Shown here in pieces: positions 38,056 to 50,479 of a DNA stretch of 64,000 nt (its first letter is position 1; each line of letters starts with the position of its first letter). A program made the translations under genes and the position numbers. The notes beneath the pieces are model-generated. The model had not been told where the DNA came from, ran no database searches, and saw only the letters and a list, made by a program, of their open reading frames with translations. The stretch comes from Vicugna vicugna (Eukaryota): assembly GCA_013265495.1 (NCBI GenBank), contig MU057801.1, positions 124,001-188,000 of the forward strand. Direction: 5' to 3'.

Positions 38056-38172
38056 CTTTTTTTTTTTTTTTTTTTTGGCAAGGGGGAGGCAATTAGGTTT
38101 ATTTCTTCCTTTATTTTATTTTATGGAGGTACTGGGGATTGAACCCAGACTATACTATACACTGCCCCCCTC
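38056..38172 (-). mobile_element. Internally deleted tRNA-Ala SINE with perfect TSD
   Basis: 14-bp TSD CTTTTTAGCTTCTT at 38042-38055 and 38173-38186; B-box part retained (ggaggtactggggattgaaccc), anticodon-arm part missing. Confidence 0.85.
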
Positions 38173-38506
38173 CTTTTTAGCTTCTTAACAATTGAGGCAT
38201 CACAGGACGAGCCCTTCTGCAGAAGGAAGAAGTGTCGCCTATGTACTGTGAGCACAGAGTGTCAGGACTGCTGTGTTGGAGGTGGCAGAATTTGGTCTTG
38301 GTAAAATATCGCCAATCTGAGATGGCGGGGCTGAAATGTGTCTTTATTTGGGTCCCCAGAGCTCATTCGATGGCGTGTTCCTTGTCCTCCTTCCCTCCCC
38401 CAAATACCCCACTTAAGTGGGTCTGAGTTCAGGTGCACATCTGGCTCTTACCTCTGAGACACGTGCTCCCCAAGTTTGCAGAGCTCATTAGAAATGCAGA
38501 GTCCTA

Positions 38507-39399
38507 CATCTCGCTAAAGAAGACATCCAGACGGCCAACAGGCACATGTAAAATGGCTCAGTATTGCTAATTATCAGAGAAACGCAAATCAAAACTACAA
38601 TGAGCTTTCACCTCACACCAGTCAGAACAGCCATCATTCAAAAGTCCACAAATAATAAATGCTGGAGAGGCTGTGGAGAAAGGGGAGCCCTCCCGCACTG
38701 TTGGTGGAAGTGAAAATTGGTGCAGCCACTATGGAGGACAGTATGTAGGTTCCTTAAAAACTGAAAGGAGAGTTACCCTATGGTCCAGCAATCCCACTCC
38801 TGGGTGTATATCTGGAGAGAACTCTAATTCAAAAAGACATGTGCACCCCAGTGTTCACAGCAGCACTATTTACAATAGCCAAGACATGGAAGGAACCTAA
38901 ATGTCCATGGACAGATGACGGGATAAAGAATTGGTGTATACACAATGGAATATTATTCAGCCATTAAAAAGAGTGAAATAATGCCTTTTGCAGCAACATG
39001 GATGGGCTTAGAGATTATTAAGTGAAGTAAGTCAGACAGAAAAAGATAAATATCACATGATATCAATTATATGTGGAATCTTAAAAAAGATACAAACTTC
39101 ATTGACAAACCAGTATAGACTCCTGGACACAGAAAACTGGTTGCCAAAGGGAAAGGGGGAGGGATAAATTAGAGGTTTGGGATTAACAGATACACACTAC
39201 TATGTACAAAATTGATAAACAACAAGGACCTGCTGTACAGCACAGGGAAGTAGATTCAATTTCTTGTAATAAGCTATAGTGGAAAAGAATCTGAAAAATA
39301 AATAAATGTATGCACACATATATAACTGAATTGGTTTGTTGTACACCTGAAAGTAACACTGTAAATCAATTACACCTCAATTAAAATCTTTTTAAAAAA
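38507..39399 (+). mobile_element. 5'-truncated L1 (ORF2 C-terminus and 3'UTR), sense orientation, inserted into a MER5-like relic
   Basis: aaatgctggagaggctgtggagaaaggggagccc...; 17-bp TSD AGAAATGCAG(A/G)GTCCTA at 38490-38506 and 39400-39416, preceded by TT. Confidence 0.92.
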
Positions 39400-39706
39400 A
39401 GAAATGCAGGGTCCTAGGCCCACCCCAGACCTACAGAGTAAGAATGTTTGGGGCTGAAACCTGGAACTGCGGCTTCACTGACCCCAGAAGATGCCTCACA
39501 CAAGCTCATGTGCTGATTCAGAGCGATGGTTGTAAACTTCGCTGCCCACTGGAGTCGCCCTGGAAACTCTAAAACATTCTGATTTCCGCATTCTACCCCA
39601 GAGTGTCTTATTTATTTAATCTGGGGTGCAGTCTAGCCATGCAAAAAATTCTAAGCTTCCCCCAGGCGATTTTCACGGGCAGCCAGGGTTGAGAGGCACT
39701 GCTCTA
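39400..39706. mobile_element. MER5-family hAT-Charlie relics
   Basis: gaaatgcagggtcctaggcccaccccagacct...; ggcagccagggttgagaggcactgctcta. Confidence 0.65.
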
Positions 39707-40649
39707 AACTTGCCCGGTTTACCTTATGGGAAAGGAATTTTAACACCGGCTTCGTTTTGAAGAGTTTGTTCTTAGAGCTGCAGAGATTCACTTCAGCACC
39801 CCTGGAGGCCCTGGAATGGCGTTACAGAATGAGGAGCTGCCCTTTCTTGGCTCAGATTGTCCCATCTGGAAACTTGTAGCAGAGGTCATGAAGAACACTC
39901 ACGTCTTTGAGAGCAGACAATGTACGTTTGGGATGGGAGCAGCAGATTCTTTAGATCCGTAGAAAGCCGGGAGGGCGTGGGGAGACGGCAGGAAGGGGTC
40001 TCCGGCCGGCCGCATGCTATTGTCGCGGGTGTCACTGCTGAGTCTGCACCCCACAAGGTGCCGTCTTCGATGGGCTTCCTCTTAGCGTGGAGTGGTCCAC
40101 GTGGGGCGGCACACCTCCCTTCCCCTCTGCCTTACGTTCCAGTCCATCCGTTGTCTCCCTCCATGTTGAAGGCTTCATCCAGGCCACCCGCTTGGGTCTC
40201 TTTGGGTTTAGATGCTGGAAGATGGTGGGAACCCCAGCCTGAACTCGACCCTTTGGATGTGAATGGTCAGGCCTGCTGGTCCCACTGGCTGTTCCAGGAC
40301 CATGTTGATGGCCAGCCCACTGAGAGCCAGGGACAGTGGGAGCTCGGAGCGTGGCTGAGGGAAGGACGCCCCAGAGCTTAAGCACCCTTGGCTGGGGGTA
40401 ACACCGTCTTTCGACAAAGGCATGTCCTTGGGCAGATTATTCAAGCAGCCTGAGCTCCCCGGTGCCTTTTTTTTTTTTTAAAAACTAGGATCCTGGCACC
40501 TCCCCCCCTTCCAGGGCCAGAGTGAGGGAAAGATGAGAGAATATTCATTCACAAAAGTCTGGCCAACGGCAGATGCCACATAGATACAAGCCGTCCTGCG
40601 TTCATGCTCTGACCTGTTGCCTGCAAAGCTGGATGAACACCAGACCTCT

Positions 40650-40780
40650 TGAATTTCCAGCTCTGCCATTTCGTGACTGTTTGTCTGGACAGCTCAGTAG
40701 CTTCTTGGGCCTCAGTTTCCTCGTTCATAAAATGGGGATTAAATACTTAAAGACAAGGTTATTGTTGGGCACCAAAGGAG
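40650..40780 (+). mobile_element. MIR fragment
   Basis: Core ggcctcagtttcctcgttcataaaatgggga. Confidence 0.75.
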
Positions 40781-40789
40781 ATGACAGAA

Positions 40790-41240
40790 GTCTTGAGATT
40801 TCATTCACGTGTTCTACAGTTCAGTGGTTTTCAGGATTTCACAAAGCTGTACCACCGTCAGCTCACCGCGTTCCAGAACATTTTTGTTACCTTGAAGAAA
40901 ACTCCACACCCTCAGCATTCGCTGCGTATCCCACCCCCTCCCAGTCCCAGCCCCAGGCAACCTGATCTTCCCCGCTCTGTGTTTCTGTCTAACCTGGATG
41001 TTTCATGTATGTGGAATCATACAGCATCGTGTCCGGCTGCTCTCACTTCGCGTGAGGTCTTCAGGGCTCACCTGTTTCGAAGCACGGGGCAGTGCCTCAT
41101 TCATCACAAGAACGAGTGACTATTATGGCTGAATACAATTCCGTTGTGCGGATAGACCACATTTTATTTATCCGTTCGTTGTTGGCGATCTGGGCTGCTT
41201 CACTTTACAGCAATTATGAATAATGTTACTATGATTTTAT
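40790..41240 (-). mobile_element. Old L1 3' end (L1MB-like)
   Basis: acagttcagtggttttcagg...ttccagaacatttt...atagaccacattttatttatcc. Confidence 0.75.
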
Positions 41241-42217
41241 GAACAGTGCACCGCCATTCAGCTGTGGGGTTTATTATTAAATAATATTAGTGATGAAAAT
41301 GAAAGTGGTGAGATGTGTGGAAAGAAATGAAATCCAGTTCATTTGGGGACAAGTTTGTGTGCCTAAGTGTGAGTGTGAATGCTTGTCTTTTGATTTTTTG
41401 TTTGTTTCTGCAAAAATGAGAATATTTATTTTCTCCAGGCAATAGAAATAACATTTTTCTCTCTTTGGTAAGAGTTAAGTACTGTTGCATTCCATTTTTT
41501 AAAATAATAAAGTCCTAAAAATATATATTAAATTATGTACAGTGTATCACACTTCATTTCATATTTTTTTCATTCAAAATTATTTAATTACAAGGCTGGA
41601 TAATCGAAAAACAAGCTTCAGAACTAGGAAGTAATATACTGGTTAACCAGTGATGACGCTAGGGCAGTGAAATGATTAAACAGAAGTGGCTTGAATCATA
41701 CGGATGCATTAATCTGGATTTGATGTTGGTCCAGAAATCTATTTACAAAATTAAAAACTACCGTCCATCTTGATATTTGTTTTCTTCCCACGTCCATAAA
41801 ATGAATCTTATGTTTTAAAATACATGACATTTCTATTTATTCTCAAAGTCGAGCTCACCGAGTTCATGTTTCTGAGCTTCGGGACCTCGTGGTTACTGTG
41901 TAGAATTGAGCATTTACGCCTCAGAGTAAGGAATGTTAGATGGCAGGTGAGAGACTACACAGCACGGAGGGTGTTTAAAACCTTCTGACAGCTCGGGCAG
42001 AAGTGGAAGGTTGGCTGCGTCGATGGTGGCTGAGCCCTGCAGGGTAACGTGGTGCCTGCCCTCAGGAAGCTTTCCATCGGGCAGGGAGGACGGAGAAGGT
42101 GGTGGTGACAGGATGGGGCCTGTGCTGGGACGGGCCCGGCCTGTGAGACTGCGGGATGCTGTCCTCGTTCGGGAGGTTGTGCGGCATCCAGCTGACCCTG
42201 CGCATCCTTTCTCCTAG

Positions 42218-42410
42218 CATGGTAAGACACCAGGACAGTGGCCGCTCCGAGGAGAAGGATGTGAAGCCCTGTCCCCGCGACTCCGGCTACGACAGCCTCT
42301 CCAACAGGCTCAGCGTCCTGGACCGGCTCCTGCACACCCACCCCATCTGGCTGCAGCTGAGTCTCAGCGAGGAGGAGGCCGCGCAAGTCCTACGGCCGCA
42401 GCCTCCGGGG
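42218..42410 (+). CDS. RIN2: RIN2 exon B (193 nt, phase 2->0): (S)MVRHQDSGRSEEKDVKPCPRDSGYDSLSNRLSVLDRLLHTHPIWLQLSLSEEEAAQVLRPQPPG, start of SH2 domain
   Basis: RIN-family motif RDSGYDSLSNRLSxLDRLLHTHPIWLQL; acceptor catcctttctcctAG, donor GGG|GTAAGA at 42411. Confidence 0.97.
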
Positions 42411-43006
42411 GTAAGACGCAGAAGGCGAGAACAGCTCAAGGTGGGCAGGGCCGCCGCTTCCTTAAAGAGAAAGACTTGGCGTTCCAGAAAGTTCTTCCCG
42501 GCCTGTAGGAAGCCTGGTTCCTGGTGTGTATTGGGTACAATGTAGGGAAGTTCTGGAAACCATGGAGACGGGTCCCAGGAACAGAGTCCTCTGTGACTTG
42601 TCTTTCTGCCTTCATCAGTGGCAGCTGTGGGATGACAGGGCATCTGGGTGACCACGCGGGTCTGCTGGCCAGAGGCCTCGGGCCTGACTTCTTGAGATCT
42701 GACGCTGGGGATGAGCCTGGCTGTAGGGTCCGCGTTGCCCCCAGCCGTCTTCCTTTCACGGTGAGCCTGGGAACCCTGCCAGCGCCAGCCGTCCACCTGG
42801 GGACCCAGTCCATAGTGTTGTCTCTTCTGGCTGCCGTGTGACCCCCCTGTCCTTGGGTTTTCTCAGTGGCTTTCCACACAGATCACAGTCCATTCTGGTC
42901 TCTTCAGCTCCTGCCCTCCCCCAGACCAGTCTCATCTCAATGAAGCCCACTCCATGACGCAATCGAAGTGTCTCAAAAATGTCATTCAGAGATTGGCAGG
43001 TATATC

Positions 43007-43209
43007 CTGTGCGATCCAGTGTGGTAGCCCCTTGCCTTCTGTGGCTATGTAAATTACATTCATAAAGTAAAACAATAAAAAATTTGGCTCCTCAGTTGCA
43101 CCAGCCACATTTCGAGCGCTCACTAGCCACAGGGTGCTAGTGGCTACCATACTGGGTGGTGCAGGATATGGAGCATTTCCACCACATAAAGTTCTACTGG
43201 ACAGTGCTT
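43007..43209 (-). mobile_element. MER3-like hAT-Charlie element
   Basis: ctcagttgcaccagccacatttcgagcgctcactagccacagggtgctagtggctacc...aaagttctactggacagtgct is the reverse complement of the recalled MER3 consensus. Confidence 0.8.
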
Positions 43210-43963
43210 GTTTGTAATGTCTACTCCTAAAAAAGGGACGAATACAACAAATCACAGATAAAACAAGACTTGAAACAACCCATGAGGATGGAAACTAAGA
43301 AACAGGTGGAGAGGTGAGGAGAAAACTCCTTCAGTCACAACTGGGCACAAAGTAACCTTTGAGTTTCCCACCACCCAGAGCTTGCCGGGGATCACTTTTT
43401 GACTTCTGAGTGAGTCTTTGTTTCTCACCTGACAGAAACAGACAGGACTGAGACCTCTGTCGGAACACGCTCAGGGAGACAGGCACAGTGTTTGATCATC
43501 TTTGAGGAGAGATCCTTGGCCTGCACGCCAGGTTGTTGCCTCTGGTTTTGGTCTGTATGATCAGGACCCCCTTTTGGGAGGCCCCACCTTTTCCAGGGTG
43601 AGCTGCCTGCTCCTGTATTTCTGCAGAAAAGTCTGAGGGGAGGTTGCCGCGTTGCTAGGCAACACCCCCCTCCCCATCCCCCTCTGCCCCTGGAGTCGGG
43701 CACGTCCATTCCCGCCAAGAGCTGATGGGGAGCAAGTCAGGCAGGAGGTTCTCCACCTGCCTGATCCCTGGGCAGGACCGGCCTGACGAGCTGGGACAGG
43801 CTGAGGGTGGGGTGAGGGCAGGAGAGGCCCCGGTTCATCAGGAGAAGCCGGGACGCTGAGGAGGAGGCAGGGCAGCTGTGTGAAGGAGAGAGACTTGAAA
43901 GACCAGCCCTGGTGGCCTTGGTCCTTGGGGAGCCACCAACCCTGATTAATCCACAGCCCAAGA

Positions 43964-44186
43964 CAGGGGTCAGCAAACTGTGTCTGTAAAGAGTCAGAGT
44001 GTCAGTTTTTTTGGCTTTGGGGCCCAGACCGTCTCTGTCATAACCACTCAACTCTGCTGTCGCAGGGCAGACGCAGCCAGGGACAACGTGTAAACGAGGA
44101 AGCAAAGCTGGGTGTCAGTGGAGCTTTGTTCGCGAAAGCAGACAGCAGGGTGGGTTTGGTCTGTAGGCCCTGCTCCGCGACTGCTG
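43964..44186 (+). mobile_element. MER58A-like hAT-Charlie element
   Basis: CAGGGGTCAGCAAACT terminus, aaccactcaactctgc core, length about 220 bp. Confidence 0.8.
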
Positions 44187-45545
44187 AGCTAAGGCTCCGA
44201 CATTCAGGAGGTGAGGTCCTGAGGCTGGACTCTCCCTGGACTGAGACCCCCCAGGACTCAAGGAGATCCTGCTTGCATAAGGGGGCCATACTTCTTTCCA
44301 CCAACTGACAGCTGCCTCCCAGCAGTGCCCTGGGGCTTTTACTCATCAGGACAGCATTGAGGAGACACCTGCTTCAGCCTTAGGGTGACCCAGAGCCACT
44401 GAGCTGGCAAATTCTATGGTTTCCTCCCCATGGATGCTGGGGGTGAAAAGAGAGCTTCCTGTCTCCCTACTGGACACCCAGTTTCTGTTACCCCTGGTCC
44501 CCAGGAAAGTATCTTAGGAGCTATGGACTGGACATACAGAAAGAAGTGAAGATGAGGTGCGAAAAAAACTAAAAGGCTATAGAAAAGTAGGAGAGTGGAG
44601 ACAGGTGTCCAAATGCAGAGGCAAGAGAAGTAGTTAGAGAAACGGGACAGGATGGGATCCTTAGGGAAGGATCATGTACCACGAAAGGGACCCAGGACAC
44701 AGCCAGGCTGCCACACCGCGAATGAACTCCAGGGAGTTCCATTCAATTTGTAGTCTAGGCAGATGTCACCCCCTGGAGTTGTGCAGTGTACAACCTGCAC
44801 AGCAGTATGCAGCATGCTCACCTCTGCAGTGTCAGAGGCTAAGCTGGTCTCCTGAGATCAGCACCAGGAGTTGAGCTGCTTTAAACCTGCTTTTAAAGAC
44901 ATTATTTTGAACTAGAGGGAGTTGTCAGAAAGTGAGGCGAGTCAGGAGTGGTGGACCACCAGCCTCACTGTTGGCTGTGGTGAGCCCCAGAGCACAGCTC
45001 CCCACCACCCAGGTGAAGCTGCCACTTTCCAGCTCCGGTGGACTCTGCCATGCCTGGTCTTGCCTTATCATCTCGTTTTCTAGAAGCAGCTAGACCTTCA
45101 GATTTTAATGTATAACACAAAAGAACTGCTTTTTCACTGTTAGTAACAAATTCAGATGTCTGTCTTAAATACACTGTGAGCCAAATTAGCTAATACACTT
45201 CCAATTCACCGCCGATGGCTTAACCATGGTCCCTGGGTCTAGAATTCAGTTTCATCCACCAGGATGCCCATCAGACCCAGGCTAGCAAATACATGACATG
45301 AGCTGTAGAACCACCACCGAACTGCACATGCTCCTGCGGACTGAGGCGCTCCGTAGCGTTGTGGGAAGGTTCTGTCAAAAGGGCAGGTAGGGCTCTGCTG
45401 AGGTCGGTTATCAAAGAGACCATGGCCTGCTTGCCCATCGCCCGTCTCCATGCCCCTCATGGGCGCTGGGTGTGCAGGAAGTCAGATGCCCAGATCCCAG
45501 CCTTCTAGATCATTCCTCAGCTGGAATTTCGTTTTCTTCCACTAG

Positions 45546-45657
45546 ATCTTTCTGGTTCGTAAATCCACGAAAATGCAGAAGAAAGTCCTCTCCCTTCGCC
45601 TGCCCTGTGAATTTGGAGCCCCGCTCAAGGAGTTCACCATAAGGGAAAGCACATACA
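45546..45657 (+). CDS. RIN2: RIN2 exon C (112 nt, phase 0->1): IFLVRKSTKMQKKVLSLRLPCEFGAPLKEFTIRESTY(T), SH2 domain with FLVR motif
   Basis: Acceptor ttttcttccactAG, donor ACA|GTAAGT at 45658; SH2 signature G-x-FLVR across the B/C junction. Confidence 0.97.
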
Positions 45658-45744
45658 GTAAGTGGTCATTAGGGGGTCAGATTCTGGCAACATGAAGGCC
45701 TTGGGGCTTCGAGCAAGTGGAAGGGGACCCGAGAGCCTATACTT

Positions 45745-45930
45745 TGAGGTGGACAGACATGGGTCTGAGTCCCAGCGGTGTTACTTGTTCACTGGACGAC
45801 TGGGCAGGTAACCTACCCTAGGAGCCTCGGTTTTCTGATCTGTATGATGGGGTGATAGTGACCTCAGAGAGCTGTTAACAGTTCAGTTAAACAACCGTGT
45901 GCACAGTTTGCAGTCTACTGCCTGGCACGT
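45745..45930 (+). mobile_element. MIR fragment just downstream of exon C
   Basis: ctgggcaggtaacctaccctaggagcctcggttttctgatctgtatgatgggg. Confidence 0.7.
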
Positions 45931-47835
45931 GGCAGGGGCCTAAAAGAGGCTGGCTTCCTTGCCCCCTTCTCAGTTAGGCAGGGCATGGTCCCCAGGTTTG
46001 CTGGTGGCTCAGCTGCAGGGTAGACTACACAACTGAGCCTTTTGATGGGACCTCCCTCTAAAGCCGACATGTCCCCTCTAGGCCGTCCCTGTTCAGTGTC
46101 CTGCGAAAGGCAGCCAATCATAGGCAGAAGCTAGCCCATTGGAAAAACTGGCTGAAGTTTGGGAGGGGAAGCTAGTGCTCAGGAGTGCTGGTTTTCTTTC
46201 TGCTGATCCATGGTCACTGGAAATGTGAAGTCTTCAGAGGCCAAGTTTTAAATGAAAAAGGGAACACACAGTCCTGATGTACTGCCAGCCTCCCGGCAAC
46301 GATCAGAAGATGGATTTAGACTCCCAAGGGGAAGGTTTCATTGAAGCCACAGGCTAGCATGCTGAGGTGTGAAGGCGAGTTTGGATGCTGGTCGATTGTC
46401 TCCGTAGGACGGTGGACCCCAGATTCTCACTTGCTTCTTGGCTTCATCCTGAGCAGACTTGAGTCCTTGCCACTGAGGGAGCTGAAGGCACTGAGGTCAA
46501 TCTCAGCGCAGGTATGGGCTTCTGCTCAGCCCGGAGTCTGTGGTCATGCCGAGCCAAGTGGCCCCTAATGGGGCCTGGAGGAGACATTCTGGCCGCTGTG
46601 ACTAGCCTCAGGTCAGCTGCAGACCCAGGTCTCCTGATGTTTTTCCTCCAGGCTTCTCACAGGGTCACTGGCATCCGGGAAAAACTCCCTCAGGCAAAGA
46701 CGTCTGCGCAGCCAGAGAGCCTGCTAATGGCTCGCCAGTTTGTTTACATTAGGAGGGAATCAGAAGGCAGATTTCAAACCCACCCTCTTTAAGACAGTGA
46801 ATTAAATATTAAGTGGGAAAAGGCGATTCTGAGTTGGCCTTGGAAGTGTGCTAGCCAAGAAGTGTGATGTATCGAAGTGGTTTTTAAATCTTGTCTAACA
46901 TCCGAAGTCAACTCAGCCTGGAAGCCCCTCCCCTCCCCTCCCATAATAAGTACAGCTACTGTGTGTGCTTCACGTTTTCTCGGTGTTCACCTGAGGTCTC
47001 TCCTGGCTGAACATTTTTCCTCCCTATTTTGTCGAGACCTCTTATCACGTCCCAGGTCCTCTCCAGGTGACTTAAATTGGCTGAAAGAGCTCGTGTGAGC
47101 AAAGCATGAAGCTGGCTGTAACTAGCTACCTCAGGCCTCATGATGATCCCCTGCTGGCCAGGGTCTGCCTCCCCTGTGAATTGAAGTGGACTGAGACGAG
47201 GAAAACCTGGCTTTAAAAAAAATGGATATTTCATCATAACATCTGGACGATGTGTTTCATAATAAAAGCCACCTCCTATTTGTATAGACTGCTTTCACAT
47301 AAGTTATTCCATCAAAAAAAAAAAAATTTCAGTTCCCACTACTGCCGTTCTGGGAGACAAGGGAAGTACAGTTATTGTCCATTTTACGGATGAGAAAATC
47401 GAGGCTCAGAGAAGTTAACCTACCCCTACCTTTAACTCACTAAATTGTGGTGCGCATGACTATGTGTTTCTGCCTGTCGGTCATGTGTGTCATGTGTGTC
47501 CGGGGGTGCTCCAAAAATAGTAAGCAAAATAATACAACATGAGTGAAATAACTAAGGCTGCAGAAAGGAGAGAAAGTCATCTGACTGAGGGGACAAGGCA
47601 GTCTTCACACAGCTGGGGCTGCTTGGAATGGCTTTGGAAGAACAACCGCACGGATGGCATTTCAGCCAAGAAGGCGTGAGGAGTGGGTGACAAATACGTG
47701 GAGACTTGAATTCGAGCCACTCACTGCTCCACCGTCTGGAAGATGCACCAACGGCACGCCTTCCTGCCGGAACATCTTTTCTTTGTTGGAAGGTTGCACA
47801 CTTGGCGGGGAGGGGGGTCTAAGTAAGTGAAATGA

Positions 47836-47951
47836 ATTTTTTTTTCACTTTTTTTTAACGGAGGAACTGGGTGTTGAGTCCAGGACCTCGTGCATGCTAA
47901 GTACTGAGCTGTTCTGGCAAACTAGCTCTACCACTGAGCTATTCCCCACCC
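47836..47951 (-). mobile_element. tRNA-Ala-derived SINE (Vic-1-like) with a small internal insertion
   Basis: caggacctcgtgcatgctaag...gctctaccactgagctattcccc. Confidence 0.82.
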
Positions 47952-48473
47952 TCACACGAAAATTCATGTAAATTCAATTTACATCTTTCAGACTGAGTTT
48001 AACCCAAAGCTGTCTTATGGGAACCTTGTGTTATCCTCTCAGCTTTGCGTTCCTTCTGCCTCTTGTCTTTACTGGAGGTGGCCTGCTTGGGCAGAGAGAA
48101 CTGTGCCCCAGGAGGGTCGAGGGCCGCCGGGGACTCGGTGTCCCCCAAGCCCTGCCATGTGCTGATGGTCTCTCACTCCAGCCAGTCTGGCCCCTTCGCC
48201 CTGCCCATCTTTGCATCTTGAACTTTAAAAAGAGACCGTTGTGCAATGTGCGTCTGTGCTGGTCTATTTACCAAGCCCTGGTGCATGTGCTCCGATGAGT
48301 CAGGGACCCTTCGCCGGCCTGTCTTTGGCCAGCGTGCATCCTCTGCACAGCTGGTCCTGATCAGCTGCGGGCGCGGGTTGGAGGGCGCCGAGACAGCCCT
48401 GCAGCAGGCAGCGTCGCACGGTCTTTCCTTGCTCAGGGACACTCAGCTGGTTTCCGGCATCTCTCTTTTCCAG

Positions 48474-48546
48474 CCTTTTCCCTGGAAGGCTCGGGAATCA
48501 GTTTTGCAGATTTATTCCGGCTCATTGCTTTCTACTGCATCAGCAG
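48474..48546 (+). CDS. RIN2: RIN2 exon D (73 nt, phase 1->2): (T)FSLEGSGISFADLFRLIAFYCIS(R), SH2 domain C-terminal part
   Basis: Acceptor ctctcttttccAG, donor CAG|GTAAGG at 48547; peptide matches recalled RIN2. Confidence 0.97.
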
Positions 48547-50479
48547 GTAAGGCCGCTTCATCTCGTGACTGTAAGCACCTGTCTGGTGTGTGTGATATGA
48601 GGGGCCCTGAGTTTTCTTGATCTGAGCCAGGCAGAGGGCACCGGGAGGCTGGCCGCCTGTGGGATGTCCCTGGAAGGCTGTCCCTGGAAGGATTGGCCCC
48701 TGAAGTGAAAGGGTCACCAGGTCCCCTGCGCCAGGGTTAAGATCAAAATACCCACTCCCCGCCCCTCCAGATGTAAATCACACACACACGCGTACACGCA
48801 GAAAGGGGCCGACCATGCAGACCTGTAACGTTTAAAGGTCCCTGATCGTGTTTCTAAAAACTCCCCAGTGGGTGCAGTTCATTCTAGACAAGAGGGTTCC
48901 TTGAGCCAGCCCAGAAATCTCGCATCAGACTCCCTGAGGCCCGCGGGGTGCCCCCGTCCTTTCTGTAACTAAAGCACTGTTTTCGTCTACGGGAAATAAA
49001 GCCCCCAGCCCTCGAGTTAACTAGTGTCGGGAAGGTTAGCAAGTGAGGGCGGCTTTCTTCTTTCTTTCTTTCTTTCTTTTCTTGTTCACCATGACAGTTT
49101 TTGAAATCAGGGATTCTTTCCATGAATGAGGATTGAAACTCACGTCTGCAGAGTCCGACACGGCCTGTTCTTGGGTAGCCGGGCTCGGTGGGCCCCCTTT
49201 GCCTTTTGGCGTCGGTTGCAGCCGACAGAGCAGAGATGGGCGTGTGCTGCTCGGGCTGTTTGCAGAGACCCCTCTCACCCCCATGGCATGCTCAGGCTGA
49301 GGAGCTTATTTGGGATCAGTGTGTTTCATTTTAATTTAAGGGTTGGGTTCTTTCTCAGACTGAGTTGGGTGTTGGTTGCACCCTTGAGGGAGGGGGCGCT
49401 GAGCTGTTCACTCCTGGAGGTCACCAGGCTAGGCCAGCTGAAGCCACACGGTCAGTGGCCTGAGCGGGGGAGGCACTTCAGAGGGGGCACCCCCCAGGAA
49501 GAAAGGGGCTGCACCTCAAATGGACCAGGAGACACACGTGGCTGCCAGGGTGTGGGCGGGAGCCTGTGTGAGGAAATCTGTCCAAAGAGGGGAGGCCAGT
49601 GCAGAAGTCCCCGGCCATCCCCAGGGATGGACACCTGGTCTGGCGTGAGCGACTTTCAACACTAGCATGCCAACTGAAGGTGAGTTGGCCAAGGTTCACA
49701 CTTCACAGTTTGCTTCTCGGTGGGTGTGCCGTGGTGAAAGCTCGTCACACCCGTAGAGCAGGATTTGACAGCAGCGCATGAAAGGCACCATCTCCATCTC
49801 TCCCCGCTGTCCGTGGTGACCATAACCTGGGAGGCGGCTGCCCAGGGCTGCCTGATGACAGGGGAAGCCTGGGTAACCGACAGAGCACGAAGCAGGTGCT
49901 TACGGGAGCATCTCAATGCTTTTCCTTTTTTTTTTCCCCAGCTGCAAAAGTTCTTGATGTTTTTGTTTCCCCTTTCACACAGTGTTCCTCATTTATCTGA
50001 CCAGTCACTGATTTGACCTAGTCTCACCAATGTATGTTTGAAATGTTCTAGTTGGTCACTTATCTGTGAAGATACTCAAGCAGCAGAAGGGATCAGCTTG
50101 CAGCCCTGGCGCTCACACGGTGGGTGTGTGCGCACTGGCTCCAGACTAGAGAATTCATGGGTTCATTAAGCATATGATCTGCCACGTTGAAAGTGTGACT
50201 GAGAAGGGAGACGCAGACCTCGGCCCCCGGGGCCCGGCGGGCGTCTGCGGGCCCGGCGCGGGCAGCGTCCCGCTGCGCGCTGCCTGGAACCCACCTGGAA
50301 CGCGGGTTCGGATTCAGGAGGTCCAGCCAGGCAGCACCTGAGACTGCATTTTCAACAGGCTCCCAGGTGGTGAGGCGGAACCTGCTGGTTCTAAAACCAC
50401 CCTTGGAACAGAAAAGGGCGAGATTACTAATTACAATTACTAATTATTAAGTATAATTATAAATTCACGGGCTTCCTGT

